This document shows positions 24,140 through 34,005 of a stretch of DNA of 38,232 bases, one piece after another. Below the pieces are notes generated by a model, which was not told the origin of the DNA, did not search any database, and saw only the letters and a list, made by a program, of their open reading frames with translations. The first letter of the stretch is position 1. Every line of letters starts with the position of its first letter. Source of the DNA: an uncultured Gammaproteobacteria bacterium. GTDB lineage: Bacteria > Patescibacteriota > Patescibacteriia > Magasanikbacterales > UBA922. The DNA is taken from the NCBI GenBank assembly GCA_964535435.1, contig CAZHUL010000002.1, positions 1-38,232 of the forward strand. Reading direction: 5' to 3'. A program made the translations under genes and the position numbers.

Positions 24140-25999
24140 TTATTCAAGTATAGCTTTAATTCTACGGACTCCGGCGCTTACAGCTTCTTGTTTTACAATT
24201 TTAAATTTACCCAAACTTTCTGTATTTTCTACATGGGGTCCACCACAAATTTCTTTACTAGCAATCTGAGATTCATCTCCAATAGTATAAACCTTTACTT
24301 TGTCCCCATATTTATTTCCAAAAAGACCAATTGCACCTTGTAATTTTGCTTCTTCCACACTCATTTCTTTAAAATCTACAGGTAAACCACCATTTATAGC
24401 ATCGTTTACTAATTTTTCAACTTGTGAAACTTGATCGTCAGTTAACTTTTCTTGATAAGAAAAATCAAAACGCAATCTTTCTGCTGTTATATTGCTCCCT
24501 TTTTGTTCTACTTGATCTCCTAGCACCTTTCTAAGCGCTGTATGGAGCAAATGTGTTGCAGTATGATACTTTGTACTCATCTCACCACTATCGGCCAATC
24601 CGCCCTTAAATTTTTGTTCTGCGCCTTTACGAGAAAGATCTTGATGTTTTGTAAGTTCTTCATTAAAACCAGTAGTATCAACCAACTTATCAAGCTCTAC
24701 AGCTAATTCTTCTGTCATTTCAATAGGAAAACCATAAGTTTGATAAAGGTCAAAAGCATCTTTGCCTGAAATATTTTCATTTGACAAACTTTCAAAGTGT
24801 TTAAGTCCTGTTTTTAAAGTTTTTCTAAATTTATCCTCTTCTTTTGAAAGTTCATTTAAAATTTTATCTCTGTTTTGTGATAATTCTATATATGCGTTTT
24901 GGTAAGAATTTATAACAGAGCTAGCAAGTTCTCCACAAAAATTTCCTTCTATTCCAATTTTACTAGCATATCTAACTGCGCGACGAACAAGTCTACGAGT
25001 AAAATATCCCTGATCTTTGTTAGAAGGATAAGCCCCGTCAGAAATTAAGAATGTTGCAGCACGCAAATGATCCATAATTACACGAAAAGATTCTTGAACT
25101 TCTTCTGAACCATAACTTTTTCCACTCAAATTTTCCAAAGTTTTTCTCATTTTGTCAAAAACATCTATAAGGAAGACATCTGGTACATCATTTTTTGCGG
25201 CCATTATTCTCTCCAACCCACCACCAAAGTCAACATTGCTTTGTGGCAAAAGTTCAAAACCAAGATCTGTTTTTAGATATTCCATGAAAACATTGTTTCC
25301 AATTTCCATAAAACGCCCACAATCACAGTTTGGATGGCATTCTTCTTCTGCCCAACGAGATTTTTCGTGAAGTCCTAGTTCTATACCAAAATCCCAAAAT
25401 ACTTCTGTGTCTGGTCCTCCTGGCTGGCCTGCTGGCATGTTTTCTGGCTTTCCAGACATGCTCCACCAATTTTTACTTTCATCATAATAGAAAATTTTAC
25501 CGTCTTGCATTCCATAAAAAGGATCATTTATAATTTTTGCATCCATTCCAATAGACTCAAAAAGTTCTTTCCAAATTTGTGCAGACTTTTCATCTCTTGG
25601 AAGGTTTAGACTTTCTTTTCCCCTAAAAACCGTTACATAAATTCTAGAAGGATCCAAACCAACAACTTTTGTAATAAATTCAAAAAACCAAGGTATTTGT
25701 TCTTCTTTAAAATAATCTCCAAGTGACCAGTTTCCTAGCATTTCAAAAAAAGTGGTATGCCTATTGTCCCCCACTTCTTCTATGTCTTGAGTACGAAAAC
25801 ATTTTTGTGAATCTGTAATCCTAACACCAAGTGGGTGCTTTTCACCAAGCAAATATGGAACCATTGGTTGCATACCAGAACTTGTAAAAAGTGTTGTTGG
25901 GTCATTTTCTGGTAAAAGTGAAGCGGAAGAAATACGTTCATGTCCTTTTCCTTTAAAAAATTCAAGGTATTTTTCCCTTAGTTCATTGGTTGAAATCAT
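24140..25999 (-). CDS. alaS: Alanine--tRNA ligase, compact form (619 aa) ending right after the editing domain
   Basis: FTSSGMQPMVPY, RHTTFFEMLGNWSLGDYFK, FGGGLERI, and the editing motifs HTATHLLHTALR and CGGPHV are present. The stop lies about 30 aa after CGGPHV. Confidence 0.92.
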   Translation of the reverse strand: MISTNELREKYLEFFKGKGHERISSASLLPENDPTTLFTSSGMQPMVPYLLGEKHPLGVRITDSQKCFRTQDIEEVGDNRHTTFFEMLGNWSLGDYFKEEQIPWFFEFITKVVGLDPSRIYVTVFRGKESLNLPRDEKSAQIWKELFESIGMDAKIINDPFYGMQDGKIFYYDESKNWWSMSGKPENMPAGQPGGPDTEVFWDFGIELGLHEKSRWAEEECHPNCDCGRFMEIGNNVFMEYLKTDLGFELLPQSNVDFGGGLERIMAAKNDVPDVFLIDVFDKMRKTLENLSGKSYGSEEVQESFRVIMDHLRAATFLISDGAYPSNKDQGYFTRRLVRRAVRYASKIGIEGNFCGELASSVINSYQNAYIELSQNRDKILNELSKEEDKFRKTLKTGLKHFESLSNENISGKDAFDLYQTYGFPIEMTEELAVELDKLVDTTGFNEELTKHQDLSRKGAEQKFKGGLADSGEMSTKYHTATHLLHTALRKVLGDQVEQKGSNITAERLRFDFSYQEKLTDDQVSQVEKLVNDAINGGLPVDFKEMSVEEAKLQGAIGLFGNKYGDKVKVYTIGDESQIASKEICGGPHVENTESLGKFKIVKQEAVSAGVRRIKAILE

Positions 26000-26011
26000 A
26001 TTTCGGTATAT

Positions 26012-27604
26012 TTAATTAGTTGATTTTATTCTGTGCCCTTTTGTGTTTTTTATTGTCATCTCGGACAAAAGTCTTTTAATCTGCAATCCATAAACATCTT
26101 TTATTTCTTGTATATTCTTTTTTCCATAGTACCAAGATGGCCAAGAATCTCTTTCTTCTGATTTCCCAATATAAGCTTCTAATAAATCAGGTAATCCTAT
26201 TTTTTCTGTACTTTCTTCCTTTCCATCTACATAGGGATAACCAGACACATCAATATCTACATTATTAAACAATTTTTCATCTTCAAAAAAAGGTAATAAT
26301 GCTGGGGCAGCATCCGGAGATAATTTTAATAAATAATAAATATCAAGACTTTTCCCGTCGTTAACAACTCTTCGAACATTTTCTTTGGCTATTATATAGT
26401 CCACATTTATCAAACTAACACTAACAAAAGCACAAAATATTACTAAAATACTAAAATTAAAAAACTTTTGAAATGATAATTTTGTAAATAATGCAATTCC
26501 TGAAAATAATAATAGCCCAATTATTACGTAGATAAACCATTCTACATACAAACGTTTTACTGTGTAGCCATATGCTTCTTGATACATATTCATACGCATA
26601 AGTGCAGAATACGCTATAACGCCAACTTGTGAAATAAGACTAACTTGAAATATATTAATCAATATCAGTGTTTTGTGTTTTGAAGTTGACCTGAAAACTA
26701 TCAAATGTAAAACAGCCGATAAAAGTACTACCCAAACCAATTCAAAAAATCCATTTTTTGCGTATTCTGCATAAGTTAAGTCCAAATCAAGTGGTGAGCC
26801 TGCAAATAGATATTTAACTTGAATAAAAACAAATGCCAAAAATAAAATGTTTACCAAACCAAGAACAATTCCCACTACAATACTATCAAATTTCTTTACA
26901 CTAGTTTCCTTGTGATTCAACTTGTGAGCTTGGTCAATAAAAACATACCAAACAGAACCTATAACAACCGATCCTATTACAACCCTAATAACACGAGCAA
27001 ATATATTAAAATCAATAAAGTTATCAACAAAGTTTACAAAATAAACTCTAAAAACTTCATCGGCATTTGATAACAAAATGGTAAATATCGCTAAAATTGG
27101 TAATGAGATACTTAAACCTAGTAATATTTTTCTAATTATTTTTTGTGTATTTTTTCCTTTTTCCCACACAAAGATATCTGCAAATAATGGTTTAACTTTA
27201 AACAAGGGGTCAAATATGTTTGTTATTGTTGGAATATTTTTGAATATAATTGGATGTTTATTCGGGTTTTTTAATGTTAGAAGTAAACTATAAATAATAA
27301 GAGAAATACCAAGAACTATCAATCCAACAGATTGAACCAATAGATTTGTATATAATGCGGGTGACAGGGAAAGAAATAAAATTGGAATAGACAATAAAAA
27401 AAACCTCCTATCTTGTACATTTTTTGTTAAAAGTGCAACAGCACTAAACCCAAACAAATACGCAAATACAAAAACAAAAACATTAATACCTGGCATTTCT
27501 CTAATAAACAAAAGGTCTGCAAGCGTAGCTATCAAAACAGCAACAACTACAAACGTTAGTCTTTTTGTTTTATGATTATCTTTTTGTAAAAATGAAAAAT
27601 TCAT
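26012..27604 (-). CDS. Large polytopic membrane protein (about 12 TM), family uncertain (possibly DUF4153/DUF4173-like)
   Basis: The 530-aa protein is hydrophobic throughout and has a soluble ~110-aa C-terminal tail. I recognise no catalytic motif. Confidence 0.55.
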   Translation of the reverse strand: MNFSFLQKDNHKTKRLTFVVVAVLIATLADLLFIREMPGINVFVFVFAYLFGFSAVALLTKNVQDRRFFLLSIPILFLSLSPALYTNLLVQSVGLIVLGISLIIYSLLLTLKNPNKHPIIFKNIPTITNIFDPLFKVKPLFADIFVWEKGKNTQKIIRKILLGLSISLPILAIFTILLSNADEVFRVYFVNFVDNFIDFNIFARVIRVVIGSVVIGSVWYVFIDQAHKLNHKETSVKKFDSIVVGIVLGLVNILFLAFVFIQVKYLFAGSPLDLDLTYAEYAKNGFFELVWVVLLSAVLHLIVFRSTSKHKTLILINIFQVSLISQVGVIAYSALMRMNMYQEAYGYTVKRLYVEWFIYVIIGLLLFSGIALFTKLSFQKFFNFSILVIFCAFVSVSLINVDYIIAKENVRRVVNDGKSLDIYYLLKLSPDAAPALLPFFEDEKLFNNVDIDVSGYPYVDGKEESTEKIGLPDLLEAYIGKSEERDSWPSWYYGKKNIQEIKDVYGLQIKRLLSEMTIKNTKGHRIKSTN

Positions 27605-27608
27605 AAAT

Positions 27609-28691
27609 TTAATTTATAGTTCCACCACCCAAACACTTGTTATTTTTATAAAATACAGCAAATTGCCCCGGACTTAATGCCCACTGTTTTGTAGAAAAAC
27701 ATACATTTAGTCCACCATTTTCATCTTTCTTAACTGTACATTTTTGCAAAACCTGTCTATGACGAAGTCTTATTTCACAGTTTAGTGGAAATTTTGGATC
27801 ATGTCCACTTACCCAAGAAGTATCTCTTACATTTATTTCTTTTTTATACAAAAGTGGATCCTCTCTCTCTCCTACAACAAGTTCATTTTTAATTAAGTTT
27901 TTTGCAACAACATACATTGCTGTACTTTTTTTACTTCTTGCTTTCATGTTTATACCAAGTTGACGTTGTCCTAAAGTATATTTGTGTAAACCATTATGTT
28001 CACCAATTTGAGTACCATCCGATAAAATTATTTTTCCTTTTTTTGGTTTTATTTTTTGAGCAAGAAAATCTCCAATTGAAACTTCCCCAACAAAACAAAT
28101 TCCCATACTTTCTTCTCTGTTTGCATTTGGAAGTTCTTTTTTTTGTGCAATTTTTCTAACTTCTTTTTTTGTTAGTTTGCCAAGTGGAAAAAGTGTGTGT
28201 TTAAGTTGATCTTGATTTAATTGATGCAAAAAATATGTTTGGTCTTTATCTTCATCTTTTGCTCTACCTAAAAAATATTCTCCATTTTTTAAAAAAATAG
28301 AGGCATAGTGTCCAGTAGCTAAGTAGTCAAATCCCAATTCTTTAGCTTTATTTAGCCAAAAACCAAATTTTATAAACTTATTGCACAAAACATCTGGGTT
28401 TGGCGTATTTCCTTTTTTGTATTCATCAAACAAATAATCAACAACCCATTTTTTATATTCTTTTTCAAAATTAAACGTTAAAAATTTAATACCCAAAAAA
28501 GCAGCAACTCTCATTGCCTCTCTTCTGTCTTCTTTCCAAGTGCAAACTCCTTTTATTTCTTCTTGGTCGCTCCACTGACGCATATACACGCCAGTTACTT
28601 CATAACCTTGTTCTACAAGAAGAGTTGCAGACACAGCAGAATCTACACCACCAGACATCGCTACCAGTATTTTTTCTTTTTTCTTATTCAT
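27609..28691 (-). CDS. mnmA: tRNA-specific 2-thiouridylase MnmA
   Basis: The PP-loop VAMSGGVDSAV, NPDVLCN, ATGHYA and MGICFVG are present, at a length of 360 aa. Confidence 0.92.
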   Translation of the reverse strand: MNKKKEKILVAMSGGVDSAVSATLLVEQGYEVTGVYMRQWSDQEEIKGVCTWKEDRREAMRVAAFLGIKFLTFNFEKEYKKWVVDYLFDEYKKGNTPNPDVLCNKFIKFGFWLNKAKELGFDYLATGHYASIFLKNGEYFLGRAKDEDKDQTYFLHQLNQDQLKHTLFPLGKLTKKEVRKIAQKKELPNANREESMGICFVGEVSIGDFLAQKIKPKKGKIILSDGTQIGEHNGLHKYTLGQRQLGINMKARSKKSTAMYVVAKNLIKNELVVGEREDPLLYKKEINVRDTSWVSGHDPKFPLNCEIRLRHRQVLQKCTVKKDENGGLNVCFSTKQWALSPGQFAVFYKNNKCLGGGTIN

Positions 28692-28724
28692 AATTTAAAA
28701 CCCTACAAGAATTTAAAGAAAAAA

Positions 28725-29108
28725 TCAAGTAGTTTTTCTAGGTTTGGAGTAAACAGAATCAAATTCAAAACCAGCAAAAACAGAAATTAAGAAAATTTCT
28801 ACAAATGAAACATAGCTTATTAAACCAAAAAAGAACTTGCCCCAAATTAATTCTAGTACAACCAGAGAAACAATCCACGATATTCCTAAAACAGCACCTT
28901 TTGTTGTGGTTGGCTCGTCTTGTTTAAAATACCATTTTGCAATAAAAAGTAAAAAAGGAAATAATAAAATCCACAAAATTATGTTATAAACAATCTCTGA
29001 TAATTCAATTGGAAAATAGCCCGAAATAACTACCTCTATAAACCAATTAAAAAGAATGAAGAATAAAACCAAAAATAACGAAGAAATAAGTAGTCTAATA
29101 ATTTTCAC
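28725..29108 (-). CDS. 127-aa four-TM membrane protein, paralog of 5070..5453
   Basis: The start codon is GTG at 29106-29108. The WYFKQ...GISWIVSLVVLELI block aligns with the 5070..5453 product. Confidence 0.55.
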   Translation of the reverse strand: MKIIRLLISSLFLVLFFILFNWFIEVVISGYFPIELSEIVYNIILWILLFPFLLFIAKWYFKQDEPTTTKGAVLGISWIVSLVVLELIWGKFFFGLISYVSFVEIFLISVFAGFEFDSVYSKPRKTT

Positions 29109-29111
29109 AAT

Positions 29112-29441
29112 CTATAAAGTATAAACTAATCCCATAATAAACACACTTAAAAAAACAAATAACCAACCGAAAGTAGACATAAGCATAACACTTGATGCTT
29201 TAAAATTCTTGTGAATCGTTTTTTTCATTGGTTCAAAAAATATAAGATAAGCAATTACAGCCATTGAAACTACAAACAAAAATAGTCCAAAAGTAATCTG
29301 AATCACCACGGCTATTTCACCATTAAAAAGACTATTAAATGACAAAATTAAAGTGGATACAAAAAGGCAATAAAATACTACTGCAATTGCGTGCACAAAA
29401 CCTCGCCAAAAAGGTCTTCTATAGTTTTTTGAAAAAAGCAT
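29112..29441 (-). CDS. Small membrane protein (3-4 TM), unknown function
   Basis: This is a 109-aa hydrophobic ORF with a 3-nt gap to the next gene. Confidence 0.5.
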   Translation of the reverse strand: MLFSKNYRRPFWRGFVHAIAVVFYCLFVSTLILSFNSLFNGEIAVVIQITFGLFLFVVSMAVIAYLIFFEPMKKTIHKNFKASSVMLMSTFGWLFVFLSVFIMGLVYTL

Positions 29442-29478
29442 AATCTTAAATTATTTTAATTTAATTTAACTAATTATT

Positions 29479-31782
29479 TTATTGCAACATTGCCCTAACT
29501 TTATTCCCTATATCCACATTGTTTGGATTTAATTCTTCTACTTTCTTGAAATAGTTTAACGCCATTGCTTTGTCTCCCCTTCGCTCATAAAGAAGTCCCA
29601 AACTATATAAAGCATTTGAATAATTTGGTGTTAGTTCTACTGCCTTTAACCATAAAAGTTCTGCCTGTTTATCATCATTTTCTTCATTTTTGTTATAAAA
29701 CATTCTTCCCAAGCTAAATAAAACCTCTGGATTATTCTGAACCAAATGCAATACAGGTGTATAAATAGAAATTGCAGAATCTAAATTTTCCTGAGATTCA
29801 TAAAATTCTGACAAGCTAAGATAAGCGCTTAAATAATCCGATTTTAATTCAATTGCTTTTTTATAGGCCTTTTCTGTACCCTCTGTGTCTTTTGCAAAAA
29901 CAGATATATCACCAAGATACCAATAAAAAACTGGATTTGAAGGTTCTAATTCTAAAGATTTTTGCACTGCGTCTTTTGCCCAAGAATTTACCTCTGGCGC
30001 TACACTTCTGGCATTCATATACATTACCGCCAAAGTCTCCCATGTTTCTACATTTTTTGGCTGAAGACTTGTTGCTATTTTAGCACTATTTACGGCATTT
30101 GCAACGTATGATGAAATTAAGTCTGAGTCCGGTTCTTCTTTTAAAGACTCTATTCTTGCTTTTTGTAATTCTACACGAGCCACAGCAACATAATAGTCTG
30201 CATAATTTGGTCTATAGCCTACTGCTTTTTGTAAATTTATCTCTACTTCTTCTAAATTTGAAGACCTTATCGCTTTTGTAAAGTGAACTTCGGCCACATA
30301 AATTTTTAAACTATAAACTCCAAAAACGATAATTGCTGTGACCAAAATTACAAAACTAAATGATAAAACCAATGAATATTGTGGTGAAACATGAAGTGAA
30401 ATTCTTTTTTCTTTAACTAACCCTGGTGTAACAGCAGACAAACTTACAATCATTGCGCCAAGAAGCCACCACCACAACCACCACATAACTAAGCCATAAA
30501 ATACTAACACAAAACCAATGGACACGACTAACCAAGCCACAACAATTACAAATACTTCTACTCTAACAACAGAGCCATCCTCTTCGGCAATAAAATCTGA
30601 ATCTAGTTCTGCGTCTTTCTTTTTCCACACAGATGGTCTTGTTTTTAACCAACCGCTTAGAGCACTTCCTAGCCCCAACAAAAGAACAAAAAGAAAGCTA
30701 ACAAAACCGAATATTCCCAACTCTAATAGGATAGAGAATATAGAGCTGTATGGGTATTGAAATCTAGTAGACCAAACCATACTAGAAACATTAAACTCAA
30801 CCGGTTTATACTCTGAAAAACTATAAACAAAAGTACCTGGGCCGGAACCAAACAAAAATACTTTTGGATTGGAAAGAAAACTTTCTGTTACTATTTCAAA
30901 AGATGGCTTTGAGCCCAAAGAAACCTCGATTGGTAAGTTCTTTTTAATAAAGCTCGGTGAACCAAAAAAGATAAACAATACAGAAATTAAAAATACAAAA
31001 AACATAAAGGAAAGTCCTACTACATTTACTTCTGCCAATAAGCTAGTACTGATAACCAGCAATATTCCAACCCCAACTGCAAAAAGTAACCAAGAAATTG
31101 TGAAACCAATCTTCAACAAAACAATGAAAGTTAAAATAAACGTGATTACCGGTAATATTTTAGATTGCCAATTTTTTCTCTTAATAGCGAACAACCCCAA
31201 AGAAATTATAGATCCCACCCCAGCAAAAACCCCAAAAAGGCTACTCTTCTGACTTACTGTATTTTGAACTATATATTTATTTAAAAAATCAAAGATTGAT
31301 ATATCTAAAACAATAAAAAAGAAAGAAGAAAGAGAAAAAGAGACTAGCAAAGCCGAAACAAGTAAATTCCATTTTTTAGCTGTATCTACCAACTGCAGAA
31401 ATAACCAAAACCAAAGTATAAAAGCTATAATTGAACTTGCGTTTAACAAAAATATGTCTGTTTTTCCGGCAAAACTAATTGAAGAAGAAAATGATAAAAG
31501 TGAAGACAAAAGAGTGGTAATAAACAATGCAACAATTGGAATATCAAAGATTGTGCGTTTTATAATTAATTCTTTTGATAAAACAACTTTTGTAAGCCAA
31601 ACCAAAAGAAGAACCAAAACCAAAAGATATAACAATAATTGTTTTGGTAATGTTAGAACATCCGAAGTAAACGGAAGATAGAACAAAGGTATAAAAATAG
31701 TTCCGATAAAAAACAAAACCATCCCTATTTTTGAAAATAGTTTTTCGTACTTACTTTTCTTATTTTTCTTTAAAAAAGTCAT
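29479..31782 (-). CDS. Large polytopic membrane protein with C-terminal TPR repeats (O-antigen-ligase/Wzy-like plus TPR architecture)
   Basis: About 12-14 TM helices occupy the first ~470 aa. Several TPR-like repeats follow (AIELKSDYLSAYLSLSEFYESQENLDSAISIY; AVELTPNYSNALYSLGLLYERRGDKAMALNYFKKVEELNPNN). Confidence 0.65.
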   Translation of the reverse strand: MTFLKKNKKSKYEKLFSKIGMVLFFIGTIFIPLFYLPFTSDVLTLPKQLLLYLLVLVLLLVWLTKVVLSKELIIKRTIFDIPIVALFITTLLSSLLSFSSSISFAGKTDIFLLNASSIIAFILWFWLFLQLVDTAKKWNLLVSALLVSFSLSSFFFIVLDISIFDFLNKYIVQNTVSQKSSLFGVFAGVGSIISLGLFAIKRKNWQSKILPVITFILTFIVLLKIGFTISWLLFAVGVGILLVISTSLLAEVNVVGLSFMFFVFLISVLFIFFGSPSFIKKNLPIEVSLGSKPSFEIVTESFLSNPKVFLFGSGPGTFVYSFSEYKPVEFNVSSMVWSTRFQYPYSSIFSILLELGIFGFVSFLFVLLLGLGSALSGWLKTRPSVWKKKDAELDSDFIAEEDGSVVRVEVFVIVVAWLVVSIGFVLVFYGLVMWWLWWWLLGAMIVSLSAVTPGLVKEKRISLHVSPQYSLVLSFSFVILVTAIIVFGVYSLKIYVAEVHFTKAIRSSNLEEVEINLQKAVGYRPNYADYYVAVARVELQKARIESLKEEPDSDLISSYVANAVNSAKIATSLQPKNVETWETLAVMYMNARSVAPEVNSWAKDAVQKSLELEPSNPVFYWYLGDISVFAKDTEGTEKAYKKAIELKSDYLSAYLSLSEFYESQENLDSAISIYTPVLHLVQNNPEVLFSLGRMFYNKNEENDDKQAELLWLKAVELTPNYSNALYSLGLLYERRGDKAMALNYFKKVEELNPNNVDIGNKVRAMLQ

Positions 31783-31785
31783 ATA

Positions 31786-33348
31786 TTACTTTTCTTTTTT
31801 TAATGGAATTAAATCTTTAAGTGAAATTGTTTTTTCTTCAACTTTAGGTTGATTATTCGACCTATTTCTATTTTTTAATTTATTATTTTGATTATTAAAT
31901 TTTTTTGATGGTAAGGTTGATAGTGGTATTGGTGGTGCTACTGGTAGAGGTGTAAAAGGATAAACTTTTGTAGGTGGTTTATTCTTGGATACTTCTTTTT
32001 CTTTTTTTCTATCTATTTTAGCCTGTTCTTCTTCTGAAGGTTGACTCCATTTTAAAATCTTTTCTTCTATGGTTGCACGCGATCTTCCATATCTTTCCCT
32101 AGAAACCTGCAAAACTTTGCTTGAACTTCCGGTCGGAGAACCGATTGGTGGAATAGTTGTTGCGCTAAAAGGTTGGGACGCTACGCCATTAATCATTAAT
32201 TTTAAAAATATTTTAAATTTAGACAAATTAACGATGTCTTCTATTTCAAATGTAGGGGCGAACTCCTTTTCCATAGCTTCTGCATCTGCTGCACCAACCC
32301 TAAAGCTTACAATTGTACCAACATTTCCAAAAACAGCGTCTGCCACAATTTCGTCTAGTTGGGCCACATATTGATGCGCCAAAATTAAACTCAACCTATA
32401 TTTACGTGCCTCTGATAAAATATTTGCAAAAGAAGGTGTTGCAAAATTTTGGAACTCATCGACATACAAAAAAAAGTCTTGGCGGTCTTCTTCTGGAATA
32501 TTTACACGTTCCATAGCAGAAAGCTGAATCTGTGTAATAAGCATTCCTCCCAAAAGTCTGCTATTGTCTTCTCCTATTCTACCTTTTGACAAGTTCATGA
32601 TAAGTATTTTTTTACTATCCATTATATCTCTGATATTTATTGTGGATTTAACTTGAGAAACCATATTCCTAATAATTGTAGCAGACAAAAACTGGCCGAT
32701 TTTGTTTTGAATAGGCGCTACGGCTTCTGCGGCATATCTATCGTTATAACCGGCAAATTCTTTTTCCCAAAAAGATTTTATAACAGGATCTTTTAAATTT
32801 TCCACCATTTTACTTCTGTATTCTTTATCTCCCAGAAGTCTGTTAATTCCCAAAAGTGTAGAACCCGGATTATCTAACAAAGTAAGCAGTGTGTTATTTA
32901 AAATATATTCCATTCTAGAACTCCAGACATCCGGCCAAATCTTTTTGAAAACTGCCATAAGTCCAGCTGCCACTAAATGTTTTTGTTCTTCATTTTTAAC
33001 CTCTAATATGTTAAATCCAATTGGATTTTCCATATCAGAAGGATTTAGATAAACAACATCGTTGATACGATTTGCCGGAATATAGTTGATAATCTTTTCT
33101 GCAAAGTCTCCATGAGGATCTACAAGCCCAACTCCATGACCGGAATAAATATCATGTAAAAGCATATTTTCCATCATGTTGGTTTTTCCCATTCCTGTTT
33201 TACCTATTATGTACATGTGTCTGCGTCGGTCATCTACTTTAATACCAAAACGACGCATTTGATTGCGAAAATTAGTTTCGGCAAACAGACAGATGTCCTG
33301 TTCTTCTTCTTCTTTTGACTTAACCGGTTTGTGTTGTGGTGTTGGCAT
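31786..33348 (-). CDS. Soluble VirD4/TraD/TraG-like (FtsK-HerA superfamily) P-loop ATPase with a low-complexity P/K/N-rich tail
   Basis: Walker A is IIGKTGMGKTN, with GVGLVDPHGDF nearby. Walker B is FFLYVDEFQNF, and the protein also shows ARKYRLSLILAHQYVAQL and VFGNVGTIVSFRVG (TraG-D_C-like). There is no TM segment. The track start at 33411 is TTG, and the ATG at 33348 gives MPTPQHKP. Confidence 0.75.
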   Translation of the reverse strand: MPTPQHKPVKSKEEEEQDICLFAETNFRNQMRRFGIKVDDRRRHMYIIGKTGMGKTNMMENMLLHDIYSGHGVGLVDPHGDFAEKIINYIPANRINDVVYLNPSDMENPIGFNILEVKNEEQKHLVAAGLMAVFKKIWPDVWSSRMEYILNNTLLTLLDNPGSTLLGINRLLGDKEYRSKMVENLKDPVIKSFWEKEFAGYNDRYAAEAVAPIQNKIGQFLSATIIRNMVSQVKSTINIRDIMDSKKILIMNLSKGRIGEDNSRLLGGMLITQIQLSAMERVNIPEEDRQDFFLYVDEFQNFATPSFANILSEARKYRLSLILAHQYVAQLDEIVADAVFGNVGTIVSFRVGAADAEAMEKEFAPTFEIEDIVNLSKFKIFLKLMINGVASQPFSATTIPPIGSPTGSSSKVLQVSRERYGRSRATIEEKILKWSQPSEEEQAKIDRKKEKEVSKNKPPTKVYPFTPLPVAPPIPLSTLPSKKFNNQNNKLKNRNRSNNQPKVEEKTISLKDLIPLKKEK

Positions 33349-33367
33349 ATTTTTTATTTGTAGTTTT

Positions 33368-33376
33368 ATTATATCA
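33368..33376 (-). promoter_or_regulatory. Extended -10 promoter (TGaTATAAT) for the ATPase-led operon
   Basis: The minus strand reads gtattgTGaTATAATaaaactacaaataaaaaatATG. The -10 lies 19 nt from the ATG, which implies a very short SD-less leader. Confidence 0.5.
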
Positions 33377-33412
33377 CAATACAAATAAAATCTAACATAG
33401 CTTATACACAAT

Positions 33413-33442
33413 TTGACAACAGACCATTTTAAATAGTTTACT
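33413..33442 (+). promoter_or_regulatory. Candidate promoter for 33462 gene (TTGACA-18-TTTACT)
   Basis: A perfect -35 is at 33413-33418 and a weaker -10 at 33437-33442. An AGGAGG SD lies at 33451-33456. Confidence 0.4.
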
Positions 33443-33461
33443 TAATCTAAAGGAGGTTATT

Positions 33462-34001
33462 ATGTCGGACAAAATTGAGAGATTAACTTTTGAAGATTTT
33501 TGGGGTATACGAGAAGGTTTTTTTAGGATTCGTAAACCAAAAGGATCGTACATTCACAATACAAGTCCAAAAAAAATTGAAAGATTAGGAGTTGTAGAAA
33601 AATATTATATTTTAAATTTAAACTTTCAAGAAATAGGTCCAAAAGCAATGACGGCGTTGTCATTTATACTTTCTATTATTTTTAAAAAACACTTTACAAC
33701 TTGGACTGGAATAACTTGGACACAACTTTTTAAAGAATGGGAAGATGAGGTACGTATAGCTCAACATTCTATTAGTAATGGTTGTAATATAATTTGTTTA
33801 GATAAAGAATTTTTAACTTTTGATGGATTTTCATATTTAGCAGAAGGACTGATAGAAGCTGTTCAAAAAGGATACCTTTTCGTAATCCCCTTACCAAAAG
33901 AAAGAAATGATGTTATTTATTTTCCAAATAGATTTTTAATTCAAACTATCCTGGATGAAGATAGAGACAACCGCAATAGAAACTTGAAAATTGGAGAATA
34001 A
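33462..34001 (+). CDS. Hypothetical cytoplasmic protein (179 aa), no recognisable domain
   Basis: The gene has a strong SD (AAGGAGG, 5-6-nt spacing), its own promoter-like element and a very strong GC-rich terminator. It is divergent from the VirD4-like ATPase. Confidence 0.7.
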   Translation: MSDKIERLTFEDFWGIREGFFRIRKPKGSYIHNTSPKKIERLGVVEKYYILNLNFQEIGPKAMTALSFILSIIFKKHFTTWTGITWTQLFKEWEDEVRIAQHSISNGCNIICLDKEFLTFDGFSYLAEGLIEAVQKGYLFVIPLPKERNDVIYFPNRFLIQTILDEDRDNRNRNLKIGE

Positions 34002-34005
34002 AGAT

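Noticed and set aside
31786-33348. Calling the region a type IV secretion or conjugation locus.
   Set aside because: Only the VirD4/TraD-like ATPase is present. There is no VirB4, VirB6, VirB8-11, relaxase, pilin or oriT-like repeat nearby, and the ATPase lacks a membrane anchor. I report it as an uncharacterised ATPase module, not a T4SS.
33900-34001. A shared NRNR motif in the tails of the ATPase (KNRNRSNN) and the divergent 179-aa protein (DNRNRNLK) as evidence of interaction or homology.
   Set aside because: Asn/Lys/Arg-rich low-complexity runs are expected from AT-rich codons (AAT, AAA, AGA). A 4-residue match is not significant.
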